Shown in pieces: positions 25,463 through 35,860 of a DNA stretch of 64,000 bases. The translations under genes and the position numbers were made by a program. Below the pieces are notes generated by a model. That model made no database searches, was not told the origin of the DNA, and was given only the letters and a program-made list of their open reading frames with translations. Origin of the DNA: Hormiphora californensis (lineage: Eukaryota > Animalia > Ctenophora); NCBI GenBank assembly GCA_020137815.1, contig CM035357.1:5704001-5768000 (forward strand), in the 5' to 3' direction. Numbering within the stretch: the first letter of the stretch is position 1; every line of letters begins with the position of its first letter.

Positions 25463-26451
25463 AGAGAGAGGGGGATGATCTAACACATTTCCCGAAGGCA
25501 TTCTCCTGAGCAGCCTTTTTATCGAGAACAGAAAAGTAGTAAGAAGATTTATGAAATTGATACATGCATCTAGAGAGTGAGAAAACTCTCCAAGCTCCAA
25601 GACTACTGCGGTAATATATTATGTCCTATCTTGTTTTGAGATGATTCACAGTAATATTATGACCAGCAGCATTCCAGAATTAGACTTTGAATATAAAGAT
25701 GTGCATATTATTCAAGAATGCTGCGTGACGTAACACTAATAATCTATGCCCCAATGATCCCTCTTTCTCTCTCTCACTAGACCGACTCAGCAGCAGCAAT
25801 GATCCTAAGATTTATTGGTATGTTCTTTATCGAGGCCGCATTGCAAGTCGTGAGAGCATTAGTCTACTTTCCACCAAACCCGCAAAGAACCCAAATAAAC
25901 AAAACTACATACCACAACCTAACCTATAGACAGCACGCATGCACGTGTAAATTCAAACAACTTGCACTTGTTACTGTATCTAAATCTGCTAGGGATACTA
26001 TACTGAAGTCTGAATATAATTCAAAAACATATTAACTTTTTGTACTCAAAGGGAGAATCAAGCAACAAGTACCTGTGTCAGGTAGTCCTTTTCCTCCTTG
26101 CACTCTGCAGTATCCTTGTCTTGATCATCCTGGTGTATCCGGAGGAAACCAAACAACCTGCTGTCATATTGACTCAGACACTCCAACTCTCTAGCTACAT
26201 TCTCTTCACTCTTCTCCTCTCCGCCACCTCCCCCTCCTCCGCCGTTCACCTGTCCCTGGTGGTGAGGGGATGTTAGTTGAAATAGTATTATGGGTACATG
26301 ATCAATTGCAAACAGGTAGGGTTAGATTTTAGAAATACTCGGGTCCAGAAAACTTTTATTACAAAGCCATTGGGCATTGGCATTAAGATACCTAGGGGGG
26401 CACAACATGATTGATAATTACCTGGCTAGGAGAGACACTGGCGGAGGTCAT
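8392..26451 (-). CDS. KDM6A: Lysine-specific H3K27 demethylase KDM6/UTX (TPR repeats, JmjC, C-terminal Zn finger)
   Basis: Exons: 26451-26422 (tentative), 26255-26073, 24953-24851, 24653-24545, 24330-24210, 22550-22395, 22203-22069, 21931-21813, 19464-19364, 18430-18312, 18138-18004, 17441-17211, 17084-16872, 16329-16192, 10210-9983, 9810-9651, 9520-9256, 9119-9016, 8851-8682, 8520-8392. Motifs [73 protein letters not shown]; Fe-binding H-x-E...H intact. Confidence 0.96.
10396..10472. repeat. (GA)n microsatellite; similar tracts at ~25385, 26768, 40132, 40632, 41690, 45770, 56635
   Basis: Directly visible dinucleotide runs; source of the ERERER/LSLSLS ORF artefacts. Confidence 0.98.
10780..11940 (+). 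mobile_element. 5'-truncated, decayed non-LTR retrotransposon of the RLE (CRE-like) group
   Basis: ORF pieces 10887-11273, 11161-11361, 11362-11673 give GASSWL..LP, a CCHC knuckle (CVCG..DHSISC), [18 protein letters not shown] and [17 protein letters not shown]; broken by a frameshift and a stop. Boundaries approximate. Confidence 0.8.
12060..12214. repeat. Tandem repeat, ~58-bp unit x2.7
   Basis: GGGCACTGG..CCACTGTGGGGTTCCACGGAAGA repeated three times. Confidence 0.85.
12352..13834 (+). mobile_element. Non-autonomous Helitron, head-to-tail trimer (12352-12667, 12668-13531, 13532-13834)
   Basis: Each copy starts TCTCTATTATAATTTGGAG and ends with hairpins CCACCCGGC-GAA-GCCGGGTGG and GCGCACCC-AAT-GGGTGCGC then CTAG; junctions are CTAG|TC; the array sits between host A12351 and T13835 with no TSD. 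Confidence 0.9.
12820..13371 (+). mobile_element. Second Helitron family nested in copy 2 of the trimer (552 bp)
   Basis: Starts TCATACTATTATTAAAG, ends hairpin TTCGCCC-GTA-GGGCGAA + CGGGTTTG + CTAG; interrupts TTAA|TATTTTCGAATG, which is contiguous in copies 1 and 3. Confidence 0.9.
14101..15837 (+). CDS. DNASE2: Deoxyribonuclease II, nested antisense in a KDM6 intron; exons 1-2 frameshifted as assembled
   Basis: Exons 14101-14248 (signal peptide, LSC..WY.LFK), ~14400-14550 (MYNDQ..RGHTKG), 14821-15029 ([18 protein letters not shown]), 15346-15837 ([17 protein letters not shown]). Both HxK catalytic motifs present. Pseudogene versus sequencing error is unresolved. Confidence 0.88.
14564..14672. 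mobile_element. 109-bp MITE, copy 1
   Basis: TIR CAGGAACCGACCGA / TCGGTCGGTTCCTG; 4-bp direct repeat GCTA on both sides; near-identical copy at 49648-49756. Confidence 0.88.
15164..15238 (+). pseudogene. tRNA-like sequence (tRNA pseudogene or tRNA-derived SINE head)
   Basis: Acceptor stem GGTTTGG/TCAAACC, A box TAGCTTAGTGG, B box GGTTCAATTCC, T-run just downstream. Mismatches in anticodon and T stems; non-canonical loop CATGTCT (nominal TGT). Confidence 0.65.
19604..21826. repeat. 44-bp minisatellite, ~50 copies, overlapping the KDM6 exon 8 end and donor
   Basis: Unit on the minus strand: TGGTGTAGCATTGG|GTGAGTACTGGGAGAGAGTTGGGTGGTGAC. The long plus-strand ORFs here are artefacts. Confidence 0.97.
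22549..22682. repeat. 28-29-bp tandem repeat of a KDM6 3' splice-site cassette (3 good copies plus degenerate ones)
   Basis: Minus-strand unit CCTCCTAACCCCCTCTCTCCCCCACAG|CA abuts the exon starting at 22550. Confidence 0.85.
23498..23997. mobile_element. Non-autonomous DNA transposon with 12-bp TIRs and subterminal GGCTGCAA motifs
   Basis: CCAGTGCCCCGA / TCGGGGCACTGG; many GGCTGCAA/TGCAGCC copies; no TSD recognised. Confidence 0.6.
24454..24500 (-). mobile_element. Isolated Helitron-like 3' terminus
   Basis: Minus strand GCCGCGC-TTC-GCGCGGC hairpin followed by CCTAG|T; 5' end not identified. Confidence 0.45.
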
Positions 26452-26765
26452 TCACACGGGGCGTGGGTAGCTGCAGTGCCTACACACACTAAACCCTATA
26501 CATAATGTGGAGGGAGTTAGATAGGAGAGAGAGAGAAAGAGAGAGGGAGATGAGGGTAGTTGTTGGCAAAGAATGGAGGGATTAGTTTTACTAAGCAAGA
26601 AAACTGCTTCTGTCAACGACAATTTTCCTAAGAAACTCTTCAGAAAGGAGCACGATAAAAAGATAGCTGATAGAGAGAGAGATAGCAAGAAATGAACTGT
26701 AAAATAGAAGCAGCATCGAGCGCATGCATGTGTACACACGCCATACAACACCACAGTAACTGAGG

Positions 26766-26821
<56 letters not shown>

Positions 26822-26846
26822 AGAGAGAGAAAGAGAGAGAGAAAGA

Positions 26847-26877
<31 letters not shown>

Positions 26878-27246
26878 GGGGAGGGAAAGAGAGACTAGGG
26901 CATACACGAGTGCAGCAGTTAAGGAAGTGAGTCCAATTTGTGTGCTATTACAACAACTATTGTACAACAACCATCATTCTCTCTTTTTATCTTTTTATCT
27001 TTCTATCTTCCTTTCTTTCTTTCTCTCTCAGTTTCTCTCTTTCTTTCCATATAGCTATCTTTCTCTTTCTTTATTCTATAGTTTCCCCTTTCCCTGCTTC
27101 TTTCTCTTTCTATCTTAACTTTTTCTGCTCAAGTTCTCTTTCCTTTCCTTTCTCGCTGGAATGCTACTTCTCCGGCAACACCTCAGCTTTTTACAGAGTG
27201 AATCAACATCGAGGAAAAAACGGGGACATTATATAAAATTTAAATA

Positions 27247-28103
27247 CAGTCGGACCCCGATTTAGTGGCATCCTCGGGGGAAAAAAATCCTGCCACTAAA
27301 TCGGGGTGCCACTAAATCGGGGAGATCCATATTTGGCCCATAAAAACCTATTTTATGCCCAAAATGTTATACTAAGACTAAAGACACCTCTAACTGTTAT
27401 ATGCAATATTCAAGTATTGATGACATGATCATTTCTGATTAGAAATATAAAACTATAAAATAATTTTTCAAAAAAATTGTGAAAATTTTTCTAAGTTATA
27501 CCAGCCCGTCCGATTTGTGTTTCGAATCGGTGCAGCTTACTGGATTTCCTGTCTAATTAGCGGGTTCGAAACGAACCGATACGTGATACCATGCCGAATC
27601 GGGGCACCCTAAGCGGGCGAGGAAGTATCAAAATTTCAAAATAACTTTTTCTCTCAAAATTTATGGGGAGCACCGATCAAAGCATTGACAATCGTACTGT
27701 AAAATTTTGCCAAAAAAGTTTTAAAATTTTTTAAAGGTATACCAGCCACGTCCGAATCGTGTTTCGAACCGGTGCATCTTATCGCATTTCCTGCTGCTAA
27801 TTAGACGGTTCGGAACGAACCGATACGTGATCCCCATCGAATCGAAATTTTGACGCTTGGTGAACTTGTGATTCAATAGCCCCATGGGGATCACGTATCG
27901 GCTCGTTCCGAACCGTCTAATTAACAGCAGACATGCGATAAGATTCACTGATTGGAAACACGATTCGGACGTGGCTATTATTATGAAAAATTTTCAAAAA
28001 AATTTCTCAAAAAAAAAATTCAAAAAAATTTTTGGGGGAAAAAAATCGTGCCACTAAATCGGGGTGCCACTAAATCGGGGGCCACTAAATCGGGGTCCGA
28101 CTG
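27247..28103. mobile_element. Tc1/mariner-pogo-type MITE (857 bp), same TIR family as 3524-3695
   Basis: TA|CAGTCGGACCCCGATTTAGTGGC ... GCCACTAAATCGGGGTCCGACTG|TA; internal direct and inverted ~95-bp blocks (27500-27590, 27740-27837, 27885-27975). Confidence 0.9.
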
Positions 28104-28470
28104 TATAATGTAATAGATGGTTCTCTCTCAAAAAATGTCCTAATTTATCATCTCTCGCACTTAGCTGTAGGAATTTACGGTATATAAATTAATCTTAAAA
28201 GTTAAAAAAAGAACTTTAAAACACTTTTTAAGAGCCTTTTATTTCACATACACACACACACACACACATACACACACACTTTGTACATGATTGTTTGGTG
28301 ATTTGCTACTAAAACCCTGTAACAATTATCAGTCACCAATAATAATAATAGTCTTCTTGTTCAGATTCGGCATTATAGGTTTGACTTCCCTCAGTCTTCT
28401 CTCTCCCTCTGGGAATCAGGGTGTCCAAATCCAAATCCCCATCGTCAAACCCATATATTTCAGATCAGTG

Positions 28471-31400
28471 TTAGGCGATGTTTTCATAGTACCATTTCTT
28501 CACATACTCCTCCCCCGCCAGACTCTTTGGGTCGATAAAAGGATGGTTCATGATGTACATTTGTCTCGGCTTGTTGGGCTTTGGATACATTCGGTGTCTG
28601 GGATTCCGTTTCAGGCAGAATGATATGAAGTTTGCCAAGTTAGAGTTGTATCTGATGGGAGAAGATCATGGTTAGATGTATGATAAAGGAGAATATAACC
28701 AGATCTGACTCAGATCATCTGAGAGAGTTGGTTGCCTTGCTCGACTCTGTTTCCCCGTGGGTTTGAACAAAAAAAGAATTGGAAAGTTAGAAACGAACCC
28801 AGGATGAGTTGTAGAAAGGATGGGAGGTTCATTTTTCACGATTAACTCCAATATATCGTAAGTCTTGGTCGCCATGCTTATGTATGGGTTCTCCTTGGTC
28901 GCGAGCTCAAACACACTGATACCTGTGTTTTGGGATATATTGTGAAAGATATAATATATCGATGTTAAAGTAAGAGTAGCGCATCGTGTTTTCTCACAAA
29001 ACTTAGTGGATGAACCATCAGTACCATCAGGACCATTGCTACGGTATCGAAAATTTATAATTCTGTCTCGCTCATTAGTTATGACGTAATATGTTCATTA
29101 TCTTAACTTTCACAAAATTGCTCTACAGCAAAATCTGTTCGTTATGGATTGAAATGGATGCTTGCATCGTGTTCAGCGTCAAAAATAGTCGGGGTCTCTA
29201 CCTTGTCTGTGACGCAAGATATTGACAAATATGATATCAAAAATGACCGAAGTGGGAGAAAGAGAGTTTGATTTGATTTGAAAAAGGATAAAAATCGATA
29301 TACAATATATAAAGACAATATCCCGGTTGGCTCCTATTGACGGAGTGTCAATATAGACGGAGCGCTTACACCTCAAAATACTATAAAAATTCACACACAG
29401 ACAGTTCTCGCACACTACGGACAAACAGACTAATATAGTATACTTTTAATAGCTAAATAAAAATAGAAATGGCTATAAGGCTATTCACACTAGACTAGAT
29501 GGTTAATTTTAATTCACTCATTAATGATAAAAATAATTACTTACCCTTGCCCATTTTTCCTAGTCCCCCACCCCTCCCCCATAATCCCCATCCAAAATTC
29601 AGTATACCGTCGGCTGTTGGTAGAGATTTATATCAGATAGAATTCATATCTGTGGTGGGGGCGCCCGTCCTGTTTCAAACTGTTCAACACCACTCCAAAC
29701 CTCATATTTGAGTACAATGTAAAGAATGAGCTATGTGTGGAGGTGGGAGAGATACTGCAGAAATAAAGGAAGAGAAAGGGACCCCCACCACAGAGGCGAA
29801 TTAAGTTGTGTCATGTAAGGCGTTCCAGAGATGGTCTTTCAGTTTGGAGGAAAATAAATTGTGTTCGGTTGTATTTCTCAGTTCTTGAGGCAGTAAATTC
29901 CACTCAAGGTGGCAACGGTAGAAGTAACAGTTTTTGAACAGGTCCACTCTGGGTTGTTCAATGCATATAATGTTCGTTCTGTCTCGTTTCGTTTGTTGTC
30001 TGGTGGTGCGTCTGAAATGTGATTCCGGATCGTATTTTTGTAGGAAAGATGGAAATTTTATAGGAGATGTTTCATAGAATATTTTATGGAACAACTTAAG
30101 ATCATTATATTGAAATTTTTGAGTCATTGGGAGTACGTCAATCTCCCTGAGTTTCTTTACATACGTTTCTAAATTATAACTAGTGTCTGTTTCACCGAAT
30201 ATCCATTTTGTGGCACGTTTCTGCAAACTTTCAAACTTAAGCAGACTTGAATCACTTACTGGTCGCCATATTTGGCTACAGTGTTCGAACAGGGATCTAA
30301 CTAAACTAATGTAGAGGTTCTTCTTCTTTAGGGGGCATTTAACTAATACTCCTACACGCTTCACCAGTCCTAATCTTTGAGAAGCTTTGGAAACAACAGT
30401 TTTCTGGTGTTCTATTGGCGATAATTTGTGGTTAGTTGAGACTCCTAGATCAATTTCTTTTTCACATGATTTAATTTCATTTCTGTCTAAGCGATAATTT
30501 AATTGATGTCGATTAATGTTTTGAGTACATCTAAGCAGCTTACACTTGTTGGGATGGAATATCATTTTATTATCGTTAGCCCATTGCACTAAACTATCGA
30601 TGTCGGGCTGCAAACTATCTTCTTCACTATTTATAACACGCCATATTTTAAGATCATCTGCATATAGCCTAATTTTAGTTAGATCATCATCTCTTACAAC
30701 ATTAACTATATCATTTATAAATAACACAAACAAGAAAGGCCCTAGTATTGAGCCTTGTGGAACTCCACTCCTGACCTCTACCCATTCTGAGAAATCCCCA
30801 TCTAGCACAACCCTTTGTTGCCTACCGGATAAATAATTTATTAGGAAACGTAACATCTTACCTTCTAAATTGAACTCATTTTTTAATTTTCTTATAATTA
30901 CGTCATGTGATACACTATCGAAGGCCTTCTGAAAGTCAAAGTAAACTATGTCTGTTTGATATCGGTTATTTATGTTAAGCGCTAATTCGCAATTAAATTC
31001 AATCAGCTGCGACGTACATGACTTAAAGGGTACAAAACCATGCTGATAGGGAGTTATTTTATCTAAACAGGCTTTGTATAGGCGTTCTCTTACTAATTTC
31101 TCGAACACTTTCATAACAAGGCAAGTCAGGGATATAGGCCTATAATTCTCAACGCATGAACGATCCCCTTTCTTGTGAACTGGGACAACGTTCGCAGTTT
31201 TCCACTCTGTTGGTATACATCCCTCTGTATATGATTTATTGAATATAAGAGTAAGTGGATAAGCTAGGGATTTGTGACATTTCTTAAGGACAACACCATC
31301 AATATTATCTGGACCTGTTGCTTTTGATACATCCAACTTTTTTAGAATTTTTAGGATCTCATCATATCTAAACTTCTCAAAGTTAAAATCAGTAGTGTGA

Positions 31401-32887
31401 TCTCTATCCATATCCACAGTTTCTTGGTAAGTGCTAGATTCAGTGAATTGATTACAGAAAAATTGTTACAACGCCCTGAGATGACACCGGAGATTAGTAA
31501 CTGAATGAACCATAGTAACAAGGAATTGTCAAAGAACTTACCAAGGCTCCAAACGTCAGACACACAGGACACAGGAACGGAGTTCTCAGTACTAATCCTC
31601 TCAGGTGCAGCATACTGGGATGTAATCGATGGGTCACTGAAAATATGATATTTCTGTTATTGTAACTGGAAATTTGTAACTTGTACAACGTACATGCACT
31701 GGGAATCAAAGAGTTTCAAAACATTTATAAGGGTTTCTAGTGTATTGTCAGTGTTGTACAACTGGAGGAAGCAGTTTACAGGATTTACAGCTTCCTACAG
31801 TATCTACACTACCCCTCTGTTAAACCCCTCACTACACTACATACCTCAAGCAGACAGAGTCGTGGAGCAGTCCAGAACCTCCAAAATCAGATAACTTGAT
31901 AACACCGTCAGCACTTAGCAGGATATTAGCTGAAACATGATGTATGAGAATAACACATATAATGAAAGTGAGATATATTTGAGAAAGATAACATGGTCAA
32001 ATCTATAACGTCAGCAGTAAAAGGCGGGATTTACTTGGCTCGTATCACTGATGCATTTGGTAAAGATTTTTCTGCAGTCATGGAAACGTAACAATTGCAA
32101 AGATAAAGATATTTTATAGGCGGGATGAATTATGCAATATGCATATACGTCAGAAGGCTTCTTCTGGTGCATTTAAATTTGACCTTCGAAGAGTAAAGAT
32201 TGAACTTTAAATACGTCAGAAGGTTAGTATTAGAGTAAAATGCAAGTACGTCAAAAGCGGCATAATAAGTGTACCTACCGGGTTTGATATCACGATGAAT
32301 GATATTCTTCTGTTTCAGGTAGCAAAGAGCATCAGAAACACTGTAACACATCATAGCAATGACTTTAGTCGGGATCTCCTTCTTCCCTATATTATCCAGT
32401 ATCTTAGCAAAACACGTCGCCATCTTGTCCATACAGATGTAAGTATCGCCTGTAGTGTTGAATGAGCCGTACAGGGTGACAATATGCCTGTTTCCTTGTA
32501 CTGTTGTAAGGTTGAGGATATCACGGGTTATGGGGTTCTTGTGGGATTCATCCTGGGTGGCAGGGTGACGGAGTTCTTTAACCGCCATGATAGTATCTGA
32601 GAGGGGGGTGGGGTTACAAAAAAGGTGGGTAGTGGGGTGGGTGGTAGAAAGAGGAGAGAAAACGAGAAACACTTCAATGTACCTGACCGAGTGTGTTTAT
32701 AGCATTTTACATTACTAAATCCACCACGTCCAATGTTGAAAGGGTGCTGCCTCTCAAAGTGCTCGATCTTTACCCCCACATACTCCACTCCATTGACTCG
32801 CAGGATGTTGGCATTCTGCTTCTTAGTACTCGCCTTCTCATACTTAATGGCATCCTGCAGTTTGTTGTAGAGTGCCCCATGCGTCAT
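28471..32887 (-). CDS. Dual-specificity MAP kinase kinase, divergent MKK4/MKK7-like
   Basis: Exons 32902-32683, 32596-32279, 31929-31845, 31636-31542, 28922-28799, 28651-28471 give GRGGFS, IMAVKE, ICMDKM, IIHRDIKPANILL, DFGGSGLLHDSVCLS, YAAPERI, SDVWSLGI..ELAT, HPFI. Start codon uncertain. Confidence 0.88.
29440..31480 (-). mobile_element. 5'-truncated LINE (CR1/L2 group) with an intact reverse transcriptase frame, in a MAP2K intron
   Basis: ORF 31417-29801 (538 aa): KATGPDNI, NYRPISL, QHGF, DFQKAFD, GVPQGSILGP, YADD, WNLLP; no endonuclease domain; 3' UTR boundary approximate. Confidence 0.95.
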
Positions 32888-33007
32888 GGGCCTTGAGCAT
32901 TCCTATATATACAGGGAGGTAGTTGAGGTTAGGTGGGTAGACAAAAATCAGACAGTAGTTCGAAAATAAATTAAAAGTTAAGCATTAAGGATTAAAAAGG
33001 GATCAGG

Positions 33008-33457
33008 TCATTGCATAACAGAGGCAGATAATAACTGTGTTTCCAAGTCCTTCACTTCGTCCTTGTGTCGTGTTGTCATCAGACCCAACTGAATCGGATA
33101 CGCAGGGGCATTGGGCGAAACATAACTGCCCAACCCTCCCGCCATTTCGGCCTCAGCATGGGAATACTGAGGTTCCGCTAAATACTTCAGTCGCTTCTTG
33201 TGAGGTTTTGATCGCTCATGTTTTTCAAGATCTGTAGTGTTCATAAAATACCGATCACACGGCATACAGAAATTTTCACCCTTGCCGACTTTATCCAAAT
33301 CTCGTTTCCCTTCCAAGGCTTTGAGAATGCTGGGAGTGGCTTTGATCATAGTTGTGGATATTTGATCAACGTCTTGTGTCCGCCTCTTTGTACTATGAGC
33401 TTTCTTGTGGTCTAGGACTCGGTGATGATGCCTCTTTTTGGCGTAATGTCCTCCCAT
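33008..33457 (-). CDS. ZNF593: Zinc finger protein 593 / Bud20 (60S export factor), single coding exon
   Basis: TKRRTQDVDQI, G.G.NFCMPCDRYF..L..H..SKPHKKRLK.L..PQYSH.EAE.A.G signature. Confidence 0.93.
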   Translation of the reverse strand: MGGHYAKKRHHHRVLDHKKAHSTKRRTQDVDQISTTMIKATPSILKALEGKRDLDKVGKGENFCMPCDRYFMNTTDLEKHERSKPHKKRLKYLAEPQYSHAEAEMAGGLGSYVSPNAPAYPIQLGLMTTRHKDEVKDLETQLLSASVMQ

Positions 33458-33665
33458 GCTAAAATCAAGTGAAAGCTAGTTAGCAAATATATCAGTGAAC
33501 TCCTGTTATCTGTATCATCGTCCTATATAGTCAAATAATGCAAGAAGAGCACCATGGGACTGCCGACTGGCAAAAGTGAATTCAAAACGCTCAGAAAAAA
33601 ATGTAACAAAAAACTTTAGCTTTGCTTATTTTATTTTGGGTTGTGACTTTTTATTATTGGGGTTG

Positions 33666-33734
33666 TGCGGCGTGCGCGGCGTTTTCTGTTCGCGCGCCGC
33701 GGTTACATTTTGCGCGCCACTTTTTGTGACGTCA
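33666..33734 (-). promoter_or_regulatory. Candidate CpG-rich promoter element upstream of ZNF593, possibly bidirectional with SPMIP1
   Basis: GCGCGGC-N17-CGCGG-N5-TTTTGCGCG plus a TGACGTCA site; lies between divergent genes. Confidence 0.5.
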
Positions 33735-34475
33735 TCGAGCTCCATCATTTAATTTGAGCTGTCCAGTGTCCACCTTCACTTCACCCGTCAGAAGTTCCAA
33801 ATTGGAGAACAAATGTGCCAGTGTGCGACTGCAAGTGAGTGAACTAACGATGCGTGAAATAAAGATTTTATGAAGGAGCACCCAAAATAAATATCATTGA
33901 TTTTAGGTTTAGTAGGTCTCATCCTTGATATATCCTTGATAATTTCAATCCCATCCGCCACATCCCAATACATATCATTGATTTGACGACACTCCACACT
34001 CCCTATCATATCAGATAGCATTCTCGAATTCTCTCGTGTCGTATATTATGTTGCCATGGTTTCTTATGTAAAGTAAAACATAGATATTCGGATACCCTGC
34101 TGCCAGGACCCTCTTTCTTTGCATGTGATTCAATTTTCGGACCTTAGCCTCGGTCTCAGATAGGCTTAAAATAGAACTAGCACATACTTTTGCCTTTGAT
34201 TCTCTTTGTACTTCCGTGCAATAAGAATCAGATTTACAAATTTGTACAGAGCTCTGTGACTGTACTTCATGAGAGGGCAACATTCCCGGTTGCCATGGAT
34301 CTCGATAAGTTAATGTAATACTCATTCTCCATCTCCTTTAGTAATGTGACTCAACTCATCTACTGAGCCTTTGGATCTACACTTCACAGCCATTATTTTG
34401 ATTTAGCTATTCGATTTTGTAGACCACTTGCTCTGTACAAACTCCTGAATTCATGTTCTTTCCTAGCTAGCCACC

Positions 34476-35161
34476 ATGAGAGAGCTAAATATGGATACCC
34501 AGCGCCAGAACTTCTGGAAGGAATCAATCAACAACGAAGTGACGATCAGAAACAGGTGGTTTCAACAGCACATGAGCACAGGATTCAGTGAACCATCGGA
34601 ACAGACAAAACCCCGGAAAGTCATCAAGGTAAGCAATGAACACACTTCCCTGCCCCTTCTCCAACCCCTCAATCATTTGTTATGTTCTAACCCTCTAACG
34701 CCCGAAATACAGTCTAGCTAGACAATCAATCATACAAAAGGCACCATGAAACTCCACATTTAATCACAATCTATAAAAAACTGACTAACCAAACTTCTTC
34801 TATCTAGGTGCAGCCTCTCCAGATGAAGGCACTTCCTGTTCTAGAGAAAGAAGCCCCAGCCACCGTACTTCCTACCGTCGAGGTCCCTGCTAAATCCGAG
34901 ACTGAGATGAGAGTCGCCTCTGCTACAACCAAACAGCTCCTCTACACTGGACTGAGTGCCGAGGGAGAGGGAAGGAAGGCGTATCTAGTTCAGAGGCGGT
35001 GCAAAAACCCCGAAGACAAGTTTCAGTTCCCCTTGACCAGTGCTCTAGAGGTAGGGTGGAAGATTAGGGAAGTGGGCAAGAAGGGAGAGGGAAAACCGGC
35101 ACAATTCGGACGGTCCAGGATAGTTCAAGATACTTTCTTCAGAACGAATGGGTGCTTCTAA
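34476..35161 (+). CDS. SPMIP1: Sperm/ciliary microtubule inner protein SPMIP1 (ATP6V1FNB-like)
   Basis: Exons 34476-34628 and 34808-35161 (phase 0). MRELNMDTQRQNFWKE, LLYTGLS.EGEGR..YL..R...PE.KF.FPLTS...GW and FFRTNG match the family as I recall it. Confidence 0.82.
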
Positions 35162-35540
35162 ATTCGTGACAAGCTCTTGAGATTGTAGGCGTGACATGAG
35201 ATATGACTGTAGGATATTTTAAATTTGAACCTGTTGAGTATGTAAATAAGTCAGTGTTTTATAAATTGAACTAATTCACACTATATACAAATGGGTTTCC
35301 AATTCCATATTGTTTGGCCAACGCCAGCAGCACAAAACCAGAAAAAAGAAATGTAGATTGATATAGCGATTCATCGATATCTCGTTTTTGATTTCCCATT
35401 CTCATTTCACGCACACCTAAAGTTTCATAGTGTTTCAGAGACTGAATTGAAACAAACAATCGGTTTTATTTGGAACCGCAAAAAAACACTTGCTCTGCAG
35501 TGTCTTACCCACAAAAACACATGCTTCTCTCACACAGATA

Positions 35541-35730
35541 ATCCCCCGCGGGGGGATGTCGTCCTAACATATGTTTCAGTTTCAAAGATCCCAGACCCCA
35601 ATGTTAAAGTTTTCTAGTAGTTTAGTAAATCACGACTTCATCTGTACTGCCCGCAGTAGCAGCCCTAAAACAAGTCCCCCACAAACAAACAAACACACAG
35701 ACACACGGACATTTTATTTTGTGACATCCG
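35541..35730. mobile_element. Helentron-associated (HINE/DINE-1-like) candidate
   Basis: Terminal palindrome TCCCCCGCGGGGG, short inverted pair GGATGTC/GACATCC, internal (ACAA)n/(ACAC) microsatellite. Confidence 0.35.
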
Positions 35731-35860
35731 CACACAAACAACTCACTGACAGACGAACCAAAACAATTCCCAAAGATGCAGTCTCTTCAGAGTCCCTCCC
35801 TATTATCTCATTAGACAATCCCCCACATCAACACCCTATGTAACTGTGGATATCCTCAGA

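Noticed and set aside
33788-34325. Two overlapping minus-strand ORFs (104 and 77 aa) as a gene or as upstream MAP2K exons
   Set aside because: No recognisable motif and no convincing splice path to each other or to 32902; cannot be fully excluded.
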